Below are positions 9,188 through 19,000 of a stretch of 64,000 nt of DNA, one piece after another (within the stretch, counting starts at the first letter, position 1; each line of letters begins with the position of its first letter). A program made the translations under genes and the position numbers. The stretch is from the IMG/VR virus record IMGVR_UViG_3300034072_000926, positions 401,260 through 465,259 of that record. The stretch is one strand, 5' to 3'. The notes beneath the pieces were generated by a model, which saw nothing but the letters and a program-made list of their open reading frames with translations, was not told the origin of the DNA and ran no database searches.

Positions 9188-9748
9188 GTGAAGAAGCTCG
9201 TCCTTGCAGCTTGTTTGTTTCTGACTGGATGCGCTACCGCATCACGCGATACCTATCCTATTCGTTCCGCCACTGAAGAGATGCTCATCAGCGAAGCCGC
9301 AGAAGATGCAGCTCGTCAGATAATCATCACGATTCCCAAGGGACGACGCTGCTATCTTGATACCACAAACTTCGAGGGACTCGATGGTCGTTATGCAGTC
9401 TCGGCCGTGCGACAGAAGCTCTTAGAGCAAGGAATCGCACTTATGGAAACAAGGTTAGAAGCTGACACAATCATTGAGATAAGGACTGGCGTTCTCTCCA
9501 TCGACAGCATCGGCAAGAGCATCATGATCCCCGCCATTCCAATTGGACAGATCATCCCTCAGATCACCACACCACTATCCTATAACCAGTGGTCGCGTCG
9601 CCGAGACGAGGGTATCGCCAAGATCAGTGCCTTTGCGTATGACAAGAAGACTGGAACCCTCTTGAGCGTAGCTGAGTCTGTTATTGGCAGGTCACATCGT
9701 CGCCGAATTAACGGACAACAGGTCGTCGTCTCTAAACAAGCGAACTGA
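9188..9748 (+). CDS. lipoprotein
   Basis: MKKLVLAACLFLTGC lipobox; GGAGG SD, GTG start. Confidence 0.75.
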   Translation: MKKLVLAACLFLTGCATASRDTYPIRSATEEMLISEAAEDAARQIIITIPKGRRCYLDTTNFEGLDGRYAVSAVRQKLLEQGIALMETRLEADTIIEIRTGVLSIDSIGKSIMIPAIPIGQIIPQITTPLSYNQWSRRRDEGIAKISAFAYDKKTGTLLSVAESVIGRSHRRRINGQQVVVSKQAN

Positions 9749-10400
9749 CGATCTTCTCCGGATCAGAGGTCAAAATCGTCCTCTCCAGATCCAAATTAGC
9801 CTTAGCATGTTTCACCAGTCGTTTTGCCTGGTGGGTATAGAACATGAGTGCTGGATCAATTGTGGAAAGGAACTTGAGCCTATTCTCCACATAGACGTCC
9901 TTGCCGTAGATACTATATTCGCGCCAGATGTTCTTGGCATATTCCAAATAATGATGGTCAGGGCACAGAAAGATGTGCATATCCGCATCGCTCATCATCT
10001 TGTAGATCAGCGATGCATCAGCATCCGGCTTATGGTTTGCGGTCATTCGAATGAGACTGGCGACCAGATTGCTCTTTGCAACGATCTTCTGATAAATCCC
10101 GCTTGCCTTGCTATATACCTCCCATTGCTGGGCCGACATTTCCTCATTGTCCTTGCGCATAACATAATAGACAACGTCATGATAGAACAGTGCAAACTTG
10201 ACCAGAACAGCATCTTCGCCGTTGCCATAATGACGATTCACAAAACGGATGCACTCAGCAATGTGCTGGAATGTATGATAGAACCGTCCAGGCTCACTGT
10301 AAGCAGTGCGAAGACGGAAGAACTCTTTCAGAGACGGACGAACACCCACGGCCAAGTGGATGGACACCCATTCCTTGAATAGAAACAAATCGTTCTTCAT
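9732..10400 (-). CDS. HD superfamily phosphohydrolase (COG4339-like)
   Basis: YSEPGRFYHTFQHI, LFYHDVVY, DNEEMSA, DADM, REY motifs. Confidence 0.8.
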   Translation of the reverse strand: MKNDLFLFKEWVSIHLAVGVRPSLKEFFRLRTAYSEPGRFYHTFQHIAECIRFVNRHYGNGEDAVLVKFALFYHDVVYYVMRKDNEEMSAQQWEVYSKASGIYQKIVAKSNLVASLIRMTANHKPDADASLIYKMMSDADMHIFLCPDHHYLEYAKNIWREYSIYGKDVYVENRLKFLSTIDPALMFYTHQAKRLVKHAKANLDLERTILTSDPEKIVSSLV

Positions 10401-10425
10401 ACGTCCTCTCTACCACTATACAGGA

Positions 10426-10794
10426 TTATTGCTTCAAATCAACAGGAGTTATTTCCTTTGGAGCATCCGGACGAGTCTCGCCGATGCTCTTCAGCTTTTC
10501 GTCCTGTTCTTTCTGTAGTTCTGCCTCTCGTTGCGCAGCATTCATGTCCATCAGGTCATTGCATTCGCCCCTCGTGAACACGCCATCGGCTTTAGATTTC
10601 AGAATGAAGATCCTGAAATTGGGATGGGTTTCATAGAAGGACTCGAACAGACTGTAGCAGGAATCTGAGGCACGTTCGTTGTCACGATGGTGGTTCATGT
10701 AATAGGGAAAGCCTACCCCAAAACCCACTATCACTGCACAACATGAAGCGAACAGTAAAGCTGATGATCGATTAGACAATCTCTTCCTCCTCAA
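10426..10794 (-). CDS. membrane-anchored hypothetical protein
   Basis: N-terminal hydrophobic segment LLFASCCAVIVGFGVGFPYY. Confidence 0.6.
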   Translation of the reverse strand: MRRKRLSNRSSALLFASCCAVIVGFGVGFPYYMNHHRDNERASDSCYSLFESFYETHPNFRIFILKSKADGVFTRGECNDLMDMNAAQREAELQKEQDEKLKSIGETRPDAPKEITPVDLKQ

Positions 10795-12409
10795 TCAACA
10801 CGCCTGCTCGAATCCTCAAAATGTTGATGCAGTTCTCAAGACCATACGCCTCAATGAATGCACCGAACCGAGGACCATCACTGGATCCCAACAGGCACTC
10901 GTATAGCGCCTGGAACCAAGAACGCAAAGGTTCAAATCCATGTGCCTTGCCAACCTCATATACCTGATACTGGTAATGATCAGCCGTCATGTTGGGCAGC
11001 ATTGCCTCAAGGCGAGTAGCAAGGTCGATGAACGCATCAGCTTCCTGAACCGTTGGTTCCCGACATTCACGATCATACAGACCACGCTCAGTCGCGTAGC
11101 GGATGACCTTGTTGGCCTTGATGAGAACCTGCAACCGCTGCTGGAAGTCAAGTGGTCGAGACTGTTCGAGGTAGCTGACCAGCGTTTCAGCGTCCGAAGC
11201 CTGGCTGACCACGCTCAAGTTGAGCAATAGGCTATACGCCACATCGACGATCGGTTCGGCGATCCCATTCTCAGTGAAGAACCACGCAGCATCGTTCGGA
11301 GTGAGCGGTCGCCCAAGCATCTTCAGATAGTCGTCTTCCATCTTGGGAACAAGATCGATATGAATCGGCTTAGATGCAGTCGGCTTCTGGAACAGGAAGA
11401 GCATGAGCGATTCCTTAGAGCCATAGGACAACCAGTCCTCAATCGAAAAGCCATTGCCCTTCGACTTGCTGATCTTCTTGCCCTCTGCGTCGAGGAAGAG
11501 TTCATAGGTCATGCCAACTGGAGGTGTCCCGCCGATTGCACGACAGATCTTCCGAGAAGCCGTAACCGAATCAATGAGATCCTTGCCGGACATTTCGTAG
11601 TCCACATCAAAGTGAGCCCAGCGCATTGCCCAGTCCACCTTCCACTGAAGCTTGGAGCGACCATTACCCGTTGGGCTCGTCACCGCCGTGACATCATCCC
11701 TTCCGGTTTCCCACGTGAGCTGGCGCCCGGGGATCACCATTTCGCGCGAGACACCCTCATTGAGGAGTCGTCCCTCAAAAAGCGGCATGAATGGACTGTA
11801 GGTTGCGCGGCGCTCCTCACCCAGTGTGGGCAGCATCACGCCCTGAATGGCATCGTAATTGTCCCAGATGCGATCCAGCATTTCGTTGAACTTGCCCGAC
11901 CGGTAATAGTCAGAGGAGCTCACGAAGGATACGCGACTCCGATCCGGCGAGCTGCCGACCACCGAGCCATCGTAGGTCTTGAGAATGTCGTCAACAAACC
12001 GCACCAGACGATCGTTGTTAGCGCCCGCAAAGCTGCCTGCATACTGGTCGGCATCGTTGGCCACGCACTCGTCCATTTCCGGATAAGGATTTGGAACCGT
12101 GCTCAGCGGCTTGCCCAGATAATCCTGCATCCACGCGGGCATCCCATCAGGAACCTTCCGCATCGCGTCGTAGTCGTCGCTGAACATGATAAGTCGAGTC
12201 TGATACGCCTTGTCAGTCAGCGTATCAAATGCCTTCATAACCCAAAGGGTGCGAACAACTTCTGCGAACGTGCCGATATGCGGCGCACCCGAGGGACCAT
12301 AGCCGGTCTCGAACGTCACGACATCACCAGGCTTCTTCCCCTTCTTCTCAATATGCTTGAGAAGTGAACGGGCCTCTTGGAAGGGCCAGCTCTTTGCCTG
12401 AGTAGTCAC
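10772..12409 (-). CDS. lysS: lysine--tRNA ligase, class I
   Basis: ETGYGPSGAPHIGT (HIGH), KLQWKVDWAMRW, YEMSGKD, KISKSKGN (KMSKS), GPRFG; GTG start after AGGAGG. Confidence 0.95.
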   Translation of the reverse strand: MTTQAKSWPFQEARSLLKHIEKKGKKPGDVVTFETGYGPSGAPHIGTFAEVVRTLWVMKAFDTLTDKAYQTRLIMFSDDYDAMRKVPDGMPAWMQDYLGKPLSTVPNPYPEMDECVANDADQYAGSFAGANNDRLVRFVDDILKTYDGSVVGSSPDRSRVSFVSSSDYYRSGKFNEMLDRIWDNYDAIQGVMLPTLGEERRATYSPFMPLFEGRLLNEGVSREMVIPGRQLTWETGRDDVTAVTSPTGNGRSKLQWKVDWAMRWAHFDVDYEMSGKDLIDSVTASRKICRAIGGTPPVGMTYELFLDAEGKKISKSKGNGFSIEDWLSYGSKESLMLFLFQKPTASKPIHIDLVPKMEDDYLKMLGRPLTPNDAAWFFTENGIAEPIVDVAYSLLLNLSVVSQASDAETLVSYLEQSRPLDFQQRLQVLIKANKVIRYATERGLYDRECREPTVQEADAFIDLATRLEAMLPNMTADHYQYQVYEVGKAHGFEPLRSWFQALYECLLGSSDGPRFGAFIEAYGLENCINILRIRAGVLIEEEEIV

Positions 12410-12481
12410 GTATGCCTCCTTGAATACTATCAAGCTGCAACGTATAGACAATCACACAGGTGTCAACCTATTTAGGAGGAC

Positions 12482-12934
12482 TCAAAGATATCGGCTATTC
12501 ACACCACGGAATTTGAGACCTCGCATCCTACGAACTTTCACAGTCTTCTTGAAAGCCATCATCTCTTTAACCGTATAGTTGATCTCAGGCCATTTGGCCA
12601 TACGTCCATAGATATACTCACTTCGACGAGCAATGTGATTACGGTAATATACCTCGGTGCGACTGAGATTATTAACATTCTTCTTGAAAATAAGAATGTT
12701 GTTATGACGGCGCTTCATAAACGCCGTATATTCTGTATCAGTTGGATTGAGCTGTCGTAGGCGTTGATTGCGATCACGAACAGTCGTTGCATGATAACGC
12801 TTCATCGACAGATAGCCTGCCATTTCTCCATTTAGACTGGAGATCTTAGCCCGTGCATGTTCCATCCCAGCTTCCTCATAGAGCTTGATGAAGAACTCAG
12901 GGTTGCTGTAGAGATGTTCAATCGTAGGTTTCAT
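12482..12934 (-). CDS. hypothetical basic protein
   Basis: 150-aa ORF, TAATG coupling. Confidence 0.6.
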   Translation of the reverse strand: MKPTIEHLYSNPEFFIKLYEEAGMEHARAKISSLNGEMAGYLSMKRYHATTVRDRNQRLRQLNPTDTEYTAFMKRRHNNILIFKKNVNNLSRTEVYYRNHIARRSEYIYGRMAKWPEINYTVKEMMAFKKTVKVRRMRGLKFRGVNSRYL

Positions 12935-13230
12935 TACGCGACCTTGGTGAGAATGCCGTAGATGTTCTTTATTGTCGTCCAGCCATTCACATGACCATGG
13001 TTATTTGAGATCTGAAACTGATCCCCGCGCACCGCAGAGACAAGATGAAGGTATTGATTACCCCTGACCTTGCATAGCACAATGTCACCCTTTTGCGGGG
13101 GAGACGAGACAGGTGCAACGGTGCAAAGCTGTCCCGAGGAGATCCTTCCAGTCATGGAGTTACCACGGGGACGAAACTCAATAGTCTCGCCAGCTTCTAG
13201 CTTCTTGATATATTGGGTAGCCCAGCTCAT
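12934..13230 (-). CDS. S24/S26 peptidase-like small protein
   Basis: RGNSM...GDIVLCK...YLHLV pattern. Confidence 0.7.
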   Translation of the reverse strand: MSWATQYIKKLEAGETIEFRPRGNSMTGRISSGQLCTVAPVSSPPQKGDIVLCKVRGNQYLHLVSAVRGDQFQISNNHGHVNGWTTIKNIYGILTKVA

Positions 13231-13377
13231 AAGCCACGTTACAGAGTGGCATTACCTGTAGTCAAGATGTTCCTGAAGGGCATTACGAATGCCACGCCGT
13301 ATGACATCCTTTTTATTGCAGTTATCGAATCTATTACTGTATAAAAAGGGTTAATAAAAACAGAACTGGAGAATGGT

Positions 13378-14841
13378 ATGCTGGCGCCAAAACAGCTAGA
13401 CACGACCAAAGACCTTACAATGAAAGGCGGCAGAATCTATCTAGTCGATGGCGACGCGTCATCTGTAAGCCTAGGGTTCCGTGACCATCCCAATACTGGC
13501 TTTTACCGATCGAGTGATGGCTCCATGGGCTTTGCACAGAACGGCGTTAGTCGTCTGCATATCAATCCCTTGGGTGTTATCTCAGGTGCGTTTTCCGGCT
13601 CTATAACAGGGTCTGCTGATACAGCAGTCAAGCTATCAAGTTCAAGGACTTTCTCACTCACAGGGGATGCAACAGCATCTGTGACTAGCGATTTGGCAAC
13701 TGGTGTGAGTCTAGCCGTTACCTTGAAAGATATCGTTGGTTTAACACCTGGAACTTATAATTCCTTGACTGTTGATCAGAAAGGTCGCATTACTAGCGGC
13801 ACTGTCATCAGTTTCACAAAGTCCCTTGTTGGACTTGGTAATGCAGATAACACCTCAGATGCCCTAAAACCAATCAGCAATGCAACTCAGGCTGCACTGA
13901 ACCTCAAGCTCAACAGTAGCGCATTCGTGCCTGTTGGCAATACGAGCGAAGTCATCTATAACAATGCCGGTGCTTGGGGATCGGCATCTAATTTGATGGT
14001 AGAGGGTGGCTATCTCAAACTCGCTGCCAGTCTTCCTACAATTGCAACCAACGGTGTCATACTAGGTGCTAAGGATCATGCGGGTCGAACAATGCCTGCA
14101 TGGGTCGACAGCAACGGTCTTGATATAACACCCCAGCCGCATATTGGTAGGAATTGTGTAAGTCAATGGACTCCACAATTCGGCGCTACAACACTCAGCA
14201 TATGGGGCATGTCAACCGCAACTGCAACTGGCACGGCAACTGCAAGAAGTCCAGCAAACACAAGTCTCCTTGCAAGCTTGCGTCGCACTGGCTTTGTGAG
14301 TGCAGGAACAAGCGGTAGCCTTTGTGGCTATCGTCAACCCACTGCCCAATGGTGGAGGGGTAATGTCGCGGGCGCTGGTGGCTTCCATTATATCCACACC
14401 TTCGGCATCTCAGATGCTTCCACGTTGAGCACGGCTAAGATGTTTGTGGGATTATCAGCTTCGACCGCGGCGCCCACCAACGTAGAGCCCAATACTCTAG
14501 TCAATAGTGTTGGACTTGGAAAGATGTCAACGTCCGCGAACCTCTGCATCATCACAAACGATGCAACGACAGGCTTCACTCCAATTGATCTCGGAGTCAA
14601 CTTCCCAGGGACCGTGGTAGGTGACATCTATACCTTGACCTTATTTGCTCCACCCAACGGTAGCTTTATCGGATATAAGGTCGAGAGAGTGACAACAGGT
14701 ATGAGTGTATCGGGCACACTTACCACAGACCTACCGGTTAACACCACATTCCTCACCTTACAGTCATGGCGAACAAATAGCACCATTTTGGCCGCCGCTG
14801 GACTGGACCTCATTAGTCTCTATATCGAAACTGATAATTGA
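13378..14841 (+). CDS. putative virion fibre/tail-associated structural protein
   Basis: Gly/Ser/Thr-rich; LTGDATAS, PGTYNSLTVDQKGRITSG and VGLGNADNTSDALKP repeats typical of phage fibre proteins. Confidence 0.7.
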   Translation: MLAPKQLDTTKDLTMKGGRIYLVDGDASSVSLGFRDHPNTGFYRSSDGSMGFAQNGVSRLHINPLGVISGAFSGSITGSADTAVKLSSSRTFSLTGDATASVTSDLATGVSLAVTLKDIVGLTPGTYNSLTVDQKGRITSGTVISFTKSLVGLGNADNTSDALKPISNATQAALNLKLNSSAFVPVGNTSEVIYNNAGAWGSASNLMVEGGYLKLAASLPTIATNGVILGAKDHAGRTMPAWVDSNGLDITPQPHIGRNCVSQWTPQFGATTLSIWGMSTATATGTATARSPANTSLLASLRRTGFVSAGTSGSLCGYRQPTAQWWRGNVAGAGGFHYIHTFGISDASTLSTAKMFVGLSASTAAPTNVEPNTLVNSVGLGKMSTSANLCIITNDATTGFTPIDLGVNFPGTVVGDIYTLTLFAPPNGSFIGYKVERVTTGMSVSGTLTTDLPVNTTFLTLQSWRTNSTILAAAGLDLISLYIETDN

Positions 14842-14882
14842 CTCACCGGCGTAAGCCAAAGCCTTCCCCCGAATACAGGTAA

Positions 14883-14913
14883 AGGGGACTCTTCCGGTAT
14901 TGAAGAGTCCCCT
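14883..14913. terminator. GC-rich hairpin between convergent genes
   Basis: AGGGGACTCTTC/GAAGAGTCCCCT 12-bp inverted repeat. Confidence 0.7.
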
Positions 14914-14960
14914 AGTTCGGGCGGCTTATTGGATTGGCTGTGGGGTTGGATGCGCGGCAG

Positions 14961-15296
14961 TTAGCTGTTCTTTTTCGTCCACTTATCCAGATATTTCGTC
15001 AGTTCGGGACTGGCCTTACCCGTTCCGAAAACTCGATTTATTGCGAGTGCCTGTTGCAGATCCTGAGCGTTCATCGGCTGCGCGAACGGCTTGTTCTGTG
15101 ACAGCTTGCGGAAACAGGCGTTCAGTGCGCCCTGTTCGGTCGTGAAGTCGATGCCGTTGAGCCAGCTCTTGTCCGGCTTCTCGCACAGGAATTCGTAGGT
15201 GTCGTCATCGTGATGGATGAGGCAGATCTTCATCTGGGTCAGGAAATCTGCGAAACGAGGATGGGTCAGGCTTTCAAGCTTCGTGAAGGACTTCAT
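14961..15296 (-). CDS. hypothetical protein
   Basis: 111-aa ORF, AAGGAG SD, host-like GC3-rich codons. Confidence 0.7.
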   Translation of the reverse strand: MKSFTKLESLTHPRFADFLTQMKICLIHHDDDTYEFLCEKPDKSWLNGIDFTTEQGALNACFRKLSQNKPFAQPMNAQDLQQALAINRVFGTGKASPELTKYLDKWTKKNS

Positions 15297-15305
15297 GGTA
15301 TCTCC

Positions 15306-15815
15306 TTAAAAGGTATTGCGGTCCTTGTCGAAGGTAACTTCGCGGACATTCATTTGGACGAGAGTGTGGGCGCTCTGCGGCAATTCCTGCGTGTCGAAGG
15401 ACACGTTGATGTTATCACGGAAAAGGAATCCGGGGCCGTGGTGAAGGGTAACGAATACCGGCGTCGTAGCAAGGGCCTGACATTCCGTCATCGTTGCATA
15501 TTCGTTCGGGCATTCGTAGAGGATGGCATCGACCGTCATCTTCTCCATGAAGTCCTGGCTATTGTTCCGGACTTGAACGTCCATCGTGAACGCCGGATTG
15601 AACTGGCCGTTGTCACGTTGGATGTTGTCGATGGTGATGCTGTAGGAGGGGTCCAGACCAGTGACCGTATAGTCACTCTGCCAATCCTTGACCCACTGCA
15701 CGGCGAGCCAGAGCCCCAAAGCGATCATGAACAAGCGGAAGAGTTTGAACTGAAACATCAGAGCGAAAATGGCACCGAAAATTACAAATCCGCTAATGCC
15801 TCCACTCTTCTGCAT
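15306..15815 (-). CDS. membrane-anchored hypothetical protein
   Basis: N-terminal hydrophobic stretch; AGGAGATCGAAC-ATG leader. Confidence 0.7.
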   Translation of the reverse strand: MQKSGGISGFVIFGAIFALMFQFKLFRLFMIALGLWLAVQWVKDWQSDYTVTGLDPSYSITIDNIQRDNGQFNPAFTMDVQVRNNSQDFMEKMTVDAILYECPNEYATMTECQALATTPVFVTLHHGPGFLFRDNINVSFDTQELPQSAHTLVQMNVREVTFDKDRNTF

Positions 15816-15879
15816 GTTCGATCTCCTTGTTGCCTAATCACACGGATAGCAGAAATAGGAGACAAGTCAACCAGAATTT

Positions 15880-16848
15880 TCAGATATATCGAAGACTGGA
15901 TATAACGCTGAGATTCGTGAGCTGCCCGCCAAATACCGAATAGGGAATTGCGAGGATACCCTTGTCTAAGAGTTCCTCCCAGCTATAGGGAACAACCTGC
16001 AAGTAGGAAACTTGCTGGTCACTGATGTAGAAATTGATCTGAAAATCTCGATGCAATTCCCGTTGCATATTCAACCGAGACGTGAGTATCTGGGAACCGT
16101 ATGTCATGCAAGCAAAGCGTTCCTTCCGAAGAAGAAACTCAGCTTTGCGGAAATTCTCCTTATCATCTTCCCAAGTCAATGCCCGGAAGGTAGGAGTGTA
16201 GAGGGAAATGTCCTCACTGGGAACCATGCAGACTCCCATCATCTTCTCAGAAATGAAGCTCTTAGAGAGGCTATGGAGGAAGATAGCCTGGCCGGTATCC
16301 CAGAGACTTTGGGTCAGCTCGTCCATGTCGAAATAGTTGTAGACGCCGTCGATGACGATGCGACGCTTCTTGTCATGTGCAAGCCATTGAAAGAGAGTTG
16401 CACGTTCGCCCATTGAGAGTGGTTCATTGCGCGGCTTGCTAGGATGACAGAAGAGCAGGAAGTCACCCTGGGGTATATTGGCCAGTGGGTAACTCCGATA
16501 TGTCACTGTGAGCTGGAATGGATTCCGCTTTGCAAGTTGCATATAGACCGGATAGACATCTTCCGGAATAACCCATAGCTTGGCGAAATTTGATTTCAGG
16601 AGAACTTCGAGAGAATGACGAACACCCTGAGAGATCAAGGTATTAGGCTTGAGGTCACGGGATAGTTTCATTGCATCGAGCCAGAACTCAGCAAGGTGAC
16701 AGCGGTATGAAACCTCAGGTAGATCATCGGGATGGAAGTTGCGCGGCTTGAGCCTGCTATTGCGTAGGCGAGACTCGGACAGATCGAGAATGTCCGGCTG
16801 TTCGGCGAGGATCTTCTCTTTTGCTTCGATGAAATTCTGAAGGTTCAC
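15880..16848 (-). CDS. PLP-dependent aminotransferase class I/II-fold protein
   Basis: ISQGVRHSL, VYPVY, CHPSKP, VIDGVY, HSLSKS (PLP lysine) motifs. Confidence 0.78.
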   Translation of the reverse strand: MNLQNFIEAKEKILAEQPDILDLSESRLRNSRLKPRNFHPDDLPEVSYRCHLAEFWLDAMKLSRDLKPNTLISQGVRHSLEVLLKSNFAKLWVIPEDVYPVYMQLAKRNPFQLTVTYRSYPLANIPQGDFLLFCHPSKPRNEPLSMGERATLFQWLAHDKKRRIVIDGVYNYFDMDELTQSLWDTGQAIFLHSLSKSFISEKMMGVCMVPSEDISLYTPTFRALTWEDDKENFRKAEFLLRKERFACMTYGSQILTSRLNMQRELHRDFQINFYISDQQVSYLQVVPYSWEELLDKGILAIPYSVFGGQLTNLSVISSLRYI

Positions 16849-18116
16849 TTGATCGTAATCTCGCTCTTAGGGTCCTCGAGACTGGCGAGGACAGTTCCAT
16901 CTTGCATGATATTCCAGCTTCGTGCAATGCCATTTTTCCTCTCCCAGAACATGCTGGGTTCGGTGTAGGCCGCAACACGCATTTTCTTGCCCTTGATTTC
17001 ACCTTCAAAGAAGGGCGCACCCCAGGGAAGCTGACCTTTCTCCTCAAACGCAATGTTCTCCATTGCCTCAAGGACTACAGAGAGCGACACTTGATTCGCC
17101 TCGCTGTAGAGGTTTTCCTCATTGCCTGCGTAGACACTTTCGAAGGTGGTCGAAACGTAGAGCTCTTTGAAGCAGACTTCCTGAACACCAAGCTCTGCAG
17201 CCCATTCCAAATACTTCTCAACCTCAGCGGCCGAGTTGATTCCGCTCTTTTGTAGGACGCAGATGAGACGCGACGTGATCTTCGTCTTTTTGACTTGTTC
17301 GATCACTTCTTCGGTATTCGTGTCAAGACCCATGATGAATTGGTTGACCACCGGCTCATAGTGGTGACGCGAAATTGCTAGGACATTCAAGCCATTGGCA
17401 TCATAGTCTATGACCATATCGGGACGCTTTGCAAGCATTACACCATTTGTAATCAGGACGGTCTTGAACATTGAACTGCCGACTAAGATTGCCTTGCAGA
17501 TTTCAGGATGACTGGCTAGGGTAGGTTCCCCGCCACCTGTTATGACGAACCGAGTTGCACCGCGATGATAGGCAGTTATCATCTTGCGGACGATGGAAGG
17601 ACTGAACATTGCTTTCGAGTCCTGTTCAACCGAGACCGAAGCCTCACTGAAACAGAACTTGCATTTGGCCTGACATGCTTGACCGACTGGGAGCCAGCTA
17701 ATCGAGCGAGGTTCGAGAGACTCGTAGGGTTTGAAGCCACCCTGGATAGCCATCGACATAGCGTAGATTGTCTCCACGTTATATGTCTCGCCATTCATGT
17801 AGATTGTCTCAACAGGGAAGCGATTGCCCTCGATGTAGCGACCCAGCCCCGTGCCCGTTACATCATTGGTACGAACATCGTAGCCTTTAAGATCTCCCTG
17901 CATGATAATGATCTCATCACCAGGAATGTTGAGCTTCTCGAGGAGCCGTTCGGCCTTGGCAGTTCCGATGCCGAGTTCGTGATGTCGGAGGACAAATGTC
18001 GTTCCAGGATAGGAAGACTCGGGGATGGCAGACTTATCATAGGCGCGAGCATACTTGTCGTAGGCTTTCGCAAAGTTGCTCAGCAGCGTCACATGATAAT
18101 AAAAGAACATCAGCAT
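16845..18116 (-). CDS. radical SAM protein with extra N-terminal domain
   Basis: CQAKCKFC (CxxxCxxC), ITGGGEPT, LITNG, AISRHHY. Confidence 0.88.
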   Translation of the reverse strand: MLMFFYYHVTLLSNFAKAYDKYARAYDKSAIPESSYPGTTFVLRHHELGIGTAKAERLLEKLNIPGDEIIIMQGDLKGYDVRTNDVTGTGLGRYIEGNRFPVETIYMNGETYNVETIYAMSMAIQGGFKPYESLEPRSISWLPVGQACQAKCKFCFSEASVSVEQDSKAMFSPSIVRKMITAYHRGATRFVITGGGEPTLASHPEICKAILVGSSMFKTVLITNGVMLAKRPDMVIDYDANGLNVLAISRHHYEPVVNQFIMGLDTNTEEVIEQVKKTKITSRLICVLQKSGINSAAEVEKYLEWAAELGVQEVCFKELYVSTTFESVYAGNEENLYSEANQVSLSVVLEAMENIAFEEKGQLPWGAPFFEGEIKGKKMRVAAYTEPSMFWERKNGIARSWNIMQDGTVLASLEDPKSEITIK

Positions 18117-18169
18117 CCCTTAGGTTTCGCACCTGTTTAGCTGATGTAGGTGTTCCAGTCAAGCGCAAA

Positions 18170-18206
18170 GAAACCCGCCGGAGAGTGGGGGAACCCGGCG
18201 GGTTTC
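18170..18206 (-). terminator. intrinsic terminator-like hairpin
   Basis: AAACCCGCCGG/CCGGCGGGTTT followed by CTTT on the minus strand. Confidence 0.65.
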
Positions 18207-18241
18207 TATCCTCTAGGGTTGCTGACTACAGACTCGCAGGC

Positions 18242-18409
18242 TTATTCGGCCTGGGACTCTTGCTCGGTCACCTCCTCAGGAGTCCCTAGGGAATCTGAGC
18301 TCTTCAGAAGTTGTTGCGCTTGCTGGATTGCCGATTGCTCATCGTTGCTCGTGACAGTGAGTGTTGCACTGTTCGAGCCTTCGTTGATGTTGAACTGATA
18401 CTTCGGCAT
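18242..18409 (-). CDS. small acidic hypothetical protein, 55 aa
   Basis: Not in ORF track; MPKYQFNINEG...QESQAE after AGGAGATCGAA leader. Confidence 0.7.
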   Translation of the reverse strand: MPKYQFNINEGSNSATLTVTSNDEQSAIQQAQQLLKSSDSLGTPEEVTEQESQAE

Positions 18410-18525
18410 TTCGATCTCCTGCTAACCTGTTGTGCTTTTGCACCACAACAAATTGCGCTTGTGAGCACTTCCAGTCAAATGGAAGACAAAACAGGAGAGC
18501 TTAAGGAAACAACGCTCTATCCAGG

Positions 18526-18903
18526 TTAGATGAGAGTGAAGCTTAGACGCAGAATGGCATCATTGCCGGAGACCTTAACATCATGACCGATTTGAGCAGA
18601 TGCAATCTTGTTCGAGAAGTCAAGCAATTGTGCAACCGAGATGCCGTGACCACCGTCGCTGATTGCCACTTCACCAGTCGAGCCATCGATCATAATGGAA
18701 TGCGAATCAGCGAGATCCAAGCCAGTCTGGCGACAGATCATCTTGATGTGCTTTTCCTTGATCTCGTAGTTTTCCGACTCTTCGTCCTCGTTAGTGCGAG
18801 ACCTATCGTCGGCTTCTGCCTGTGCTGCAATACGCTCAACTTCCTCGTCGGGCAAGCCTGCATGTCGCAGTAGAGTGCGGTAATCAGTCATGTATTCCTC
18901 CAT
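18526..18903 (-). CDS. hypothetical acidic protein
   Basis: 125-aa ORF; GAGGAA SD before internal MTDYRT. Confidence 0.6.
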   Translation of the reverse strand: MEEYMTDYRTLLRHAGLPDEEVERIAAQAEADDRSRTNEDEESENYEIKEKHIKMICRQTGLDLADSHSIMIDGSTGEVAISDGGHGISVAQLLDFSNKIASAQIGHDVKVSGNDAILRLSFTLI

Positions 18904-19000
18904 TCACTATAATACTTATCAGTCGAACAAAGGATCTATATCTTTCAGTCACAAGAATGGGCAGGATTGCTCCTGCCCATTAGCTTGCCGAATGCCTATG

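Noticed and set aside
11360-12367. Long plus-strand ORFs antisense to lysS (also 28829-30337, 32819-34315, 25986-26786, 51227-51841)
   Set aside because: Shadow frames of GC3-biased genes; no motifs or SD
18845-18860. Sixth Y RNA (GGGCAAG match)
   Set aside because: Inside a CDS with no partner GGGCCG/GTTATC strand nearby
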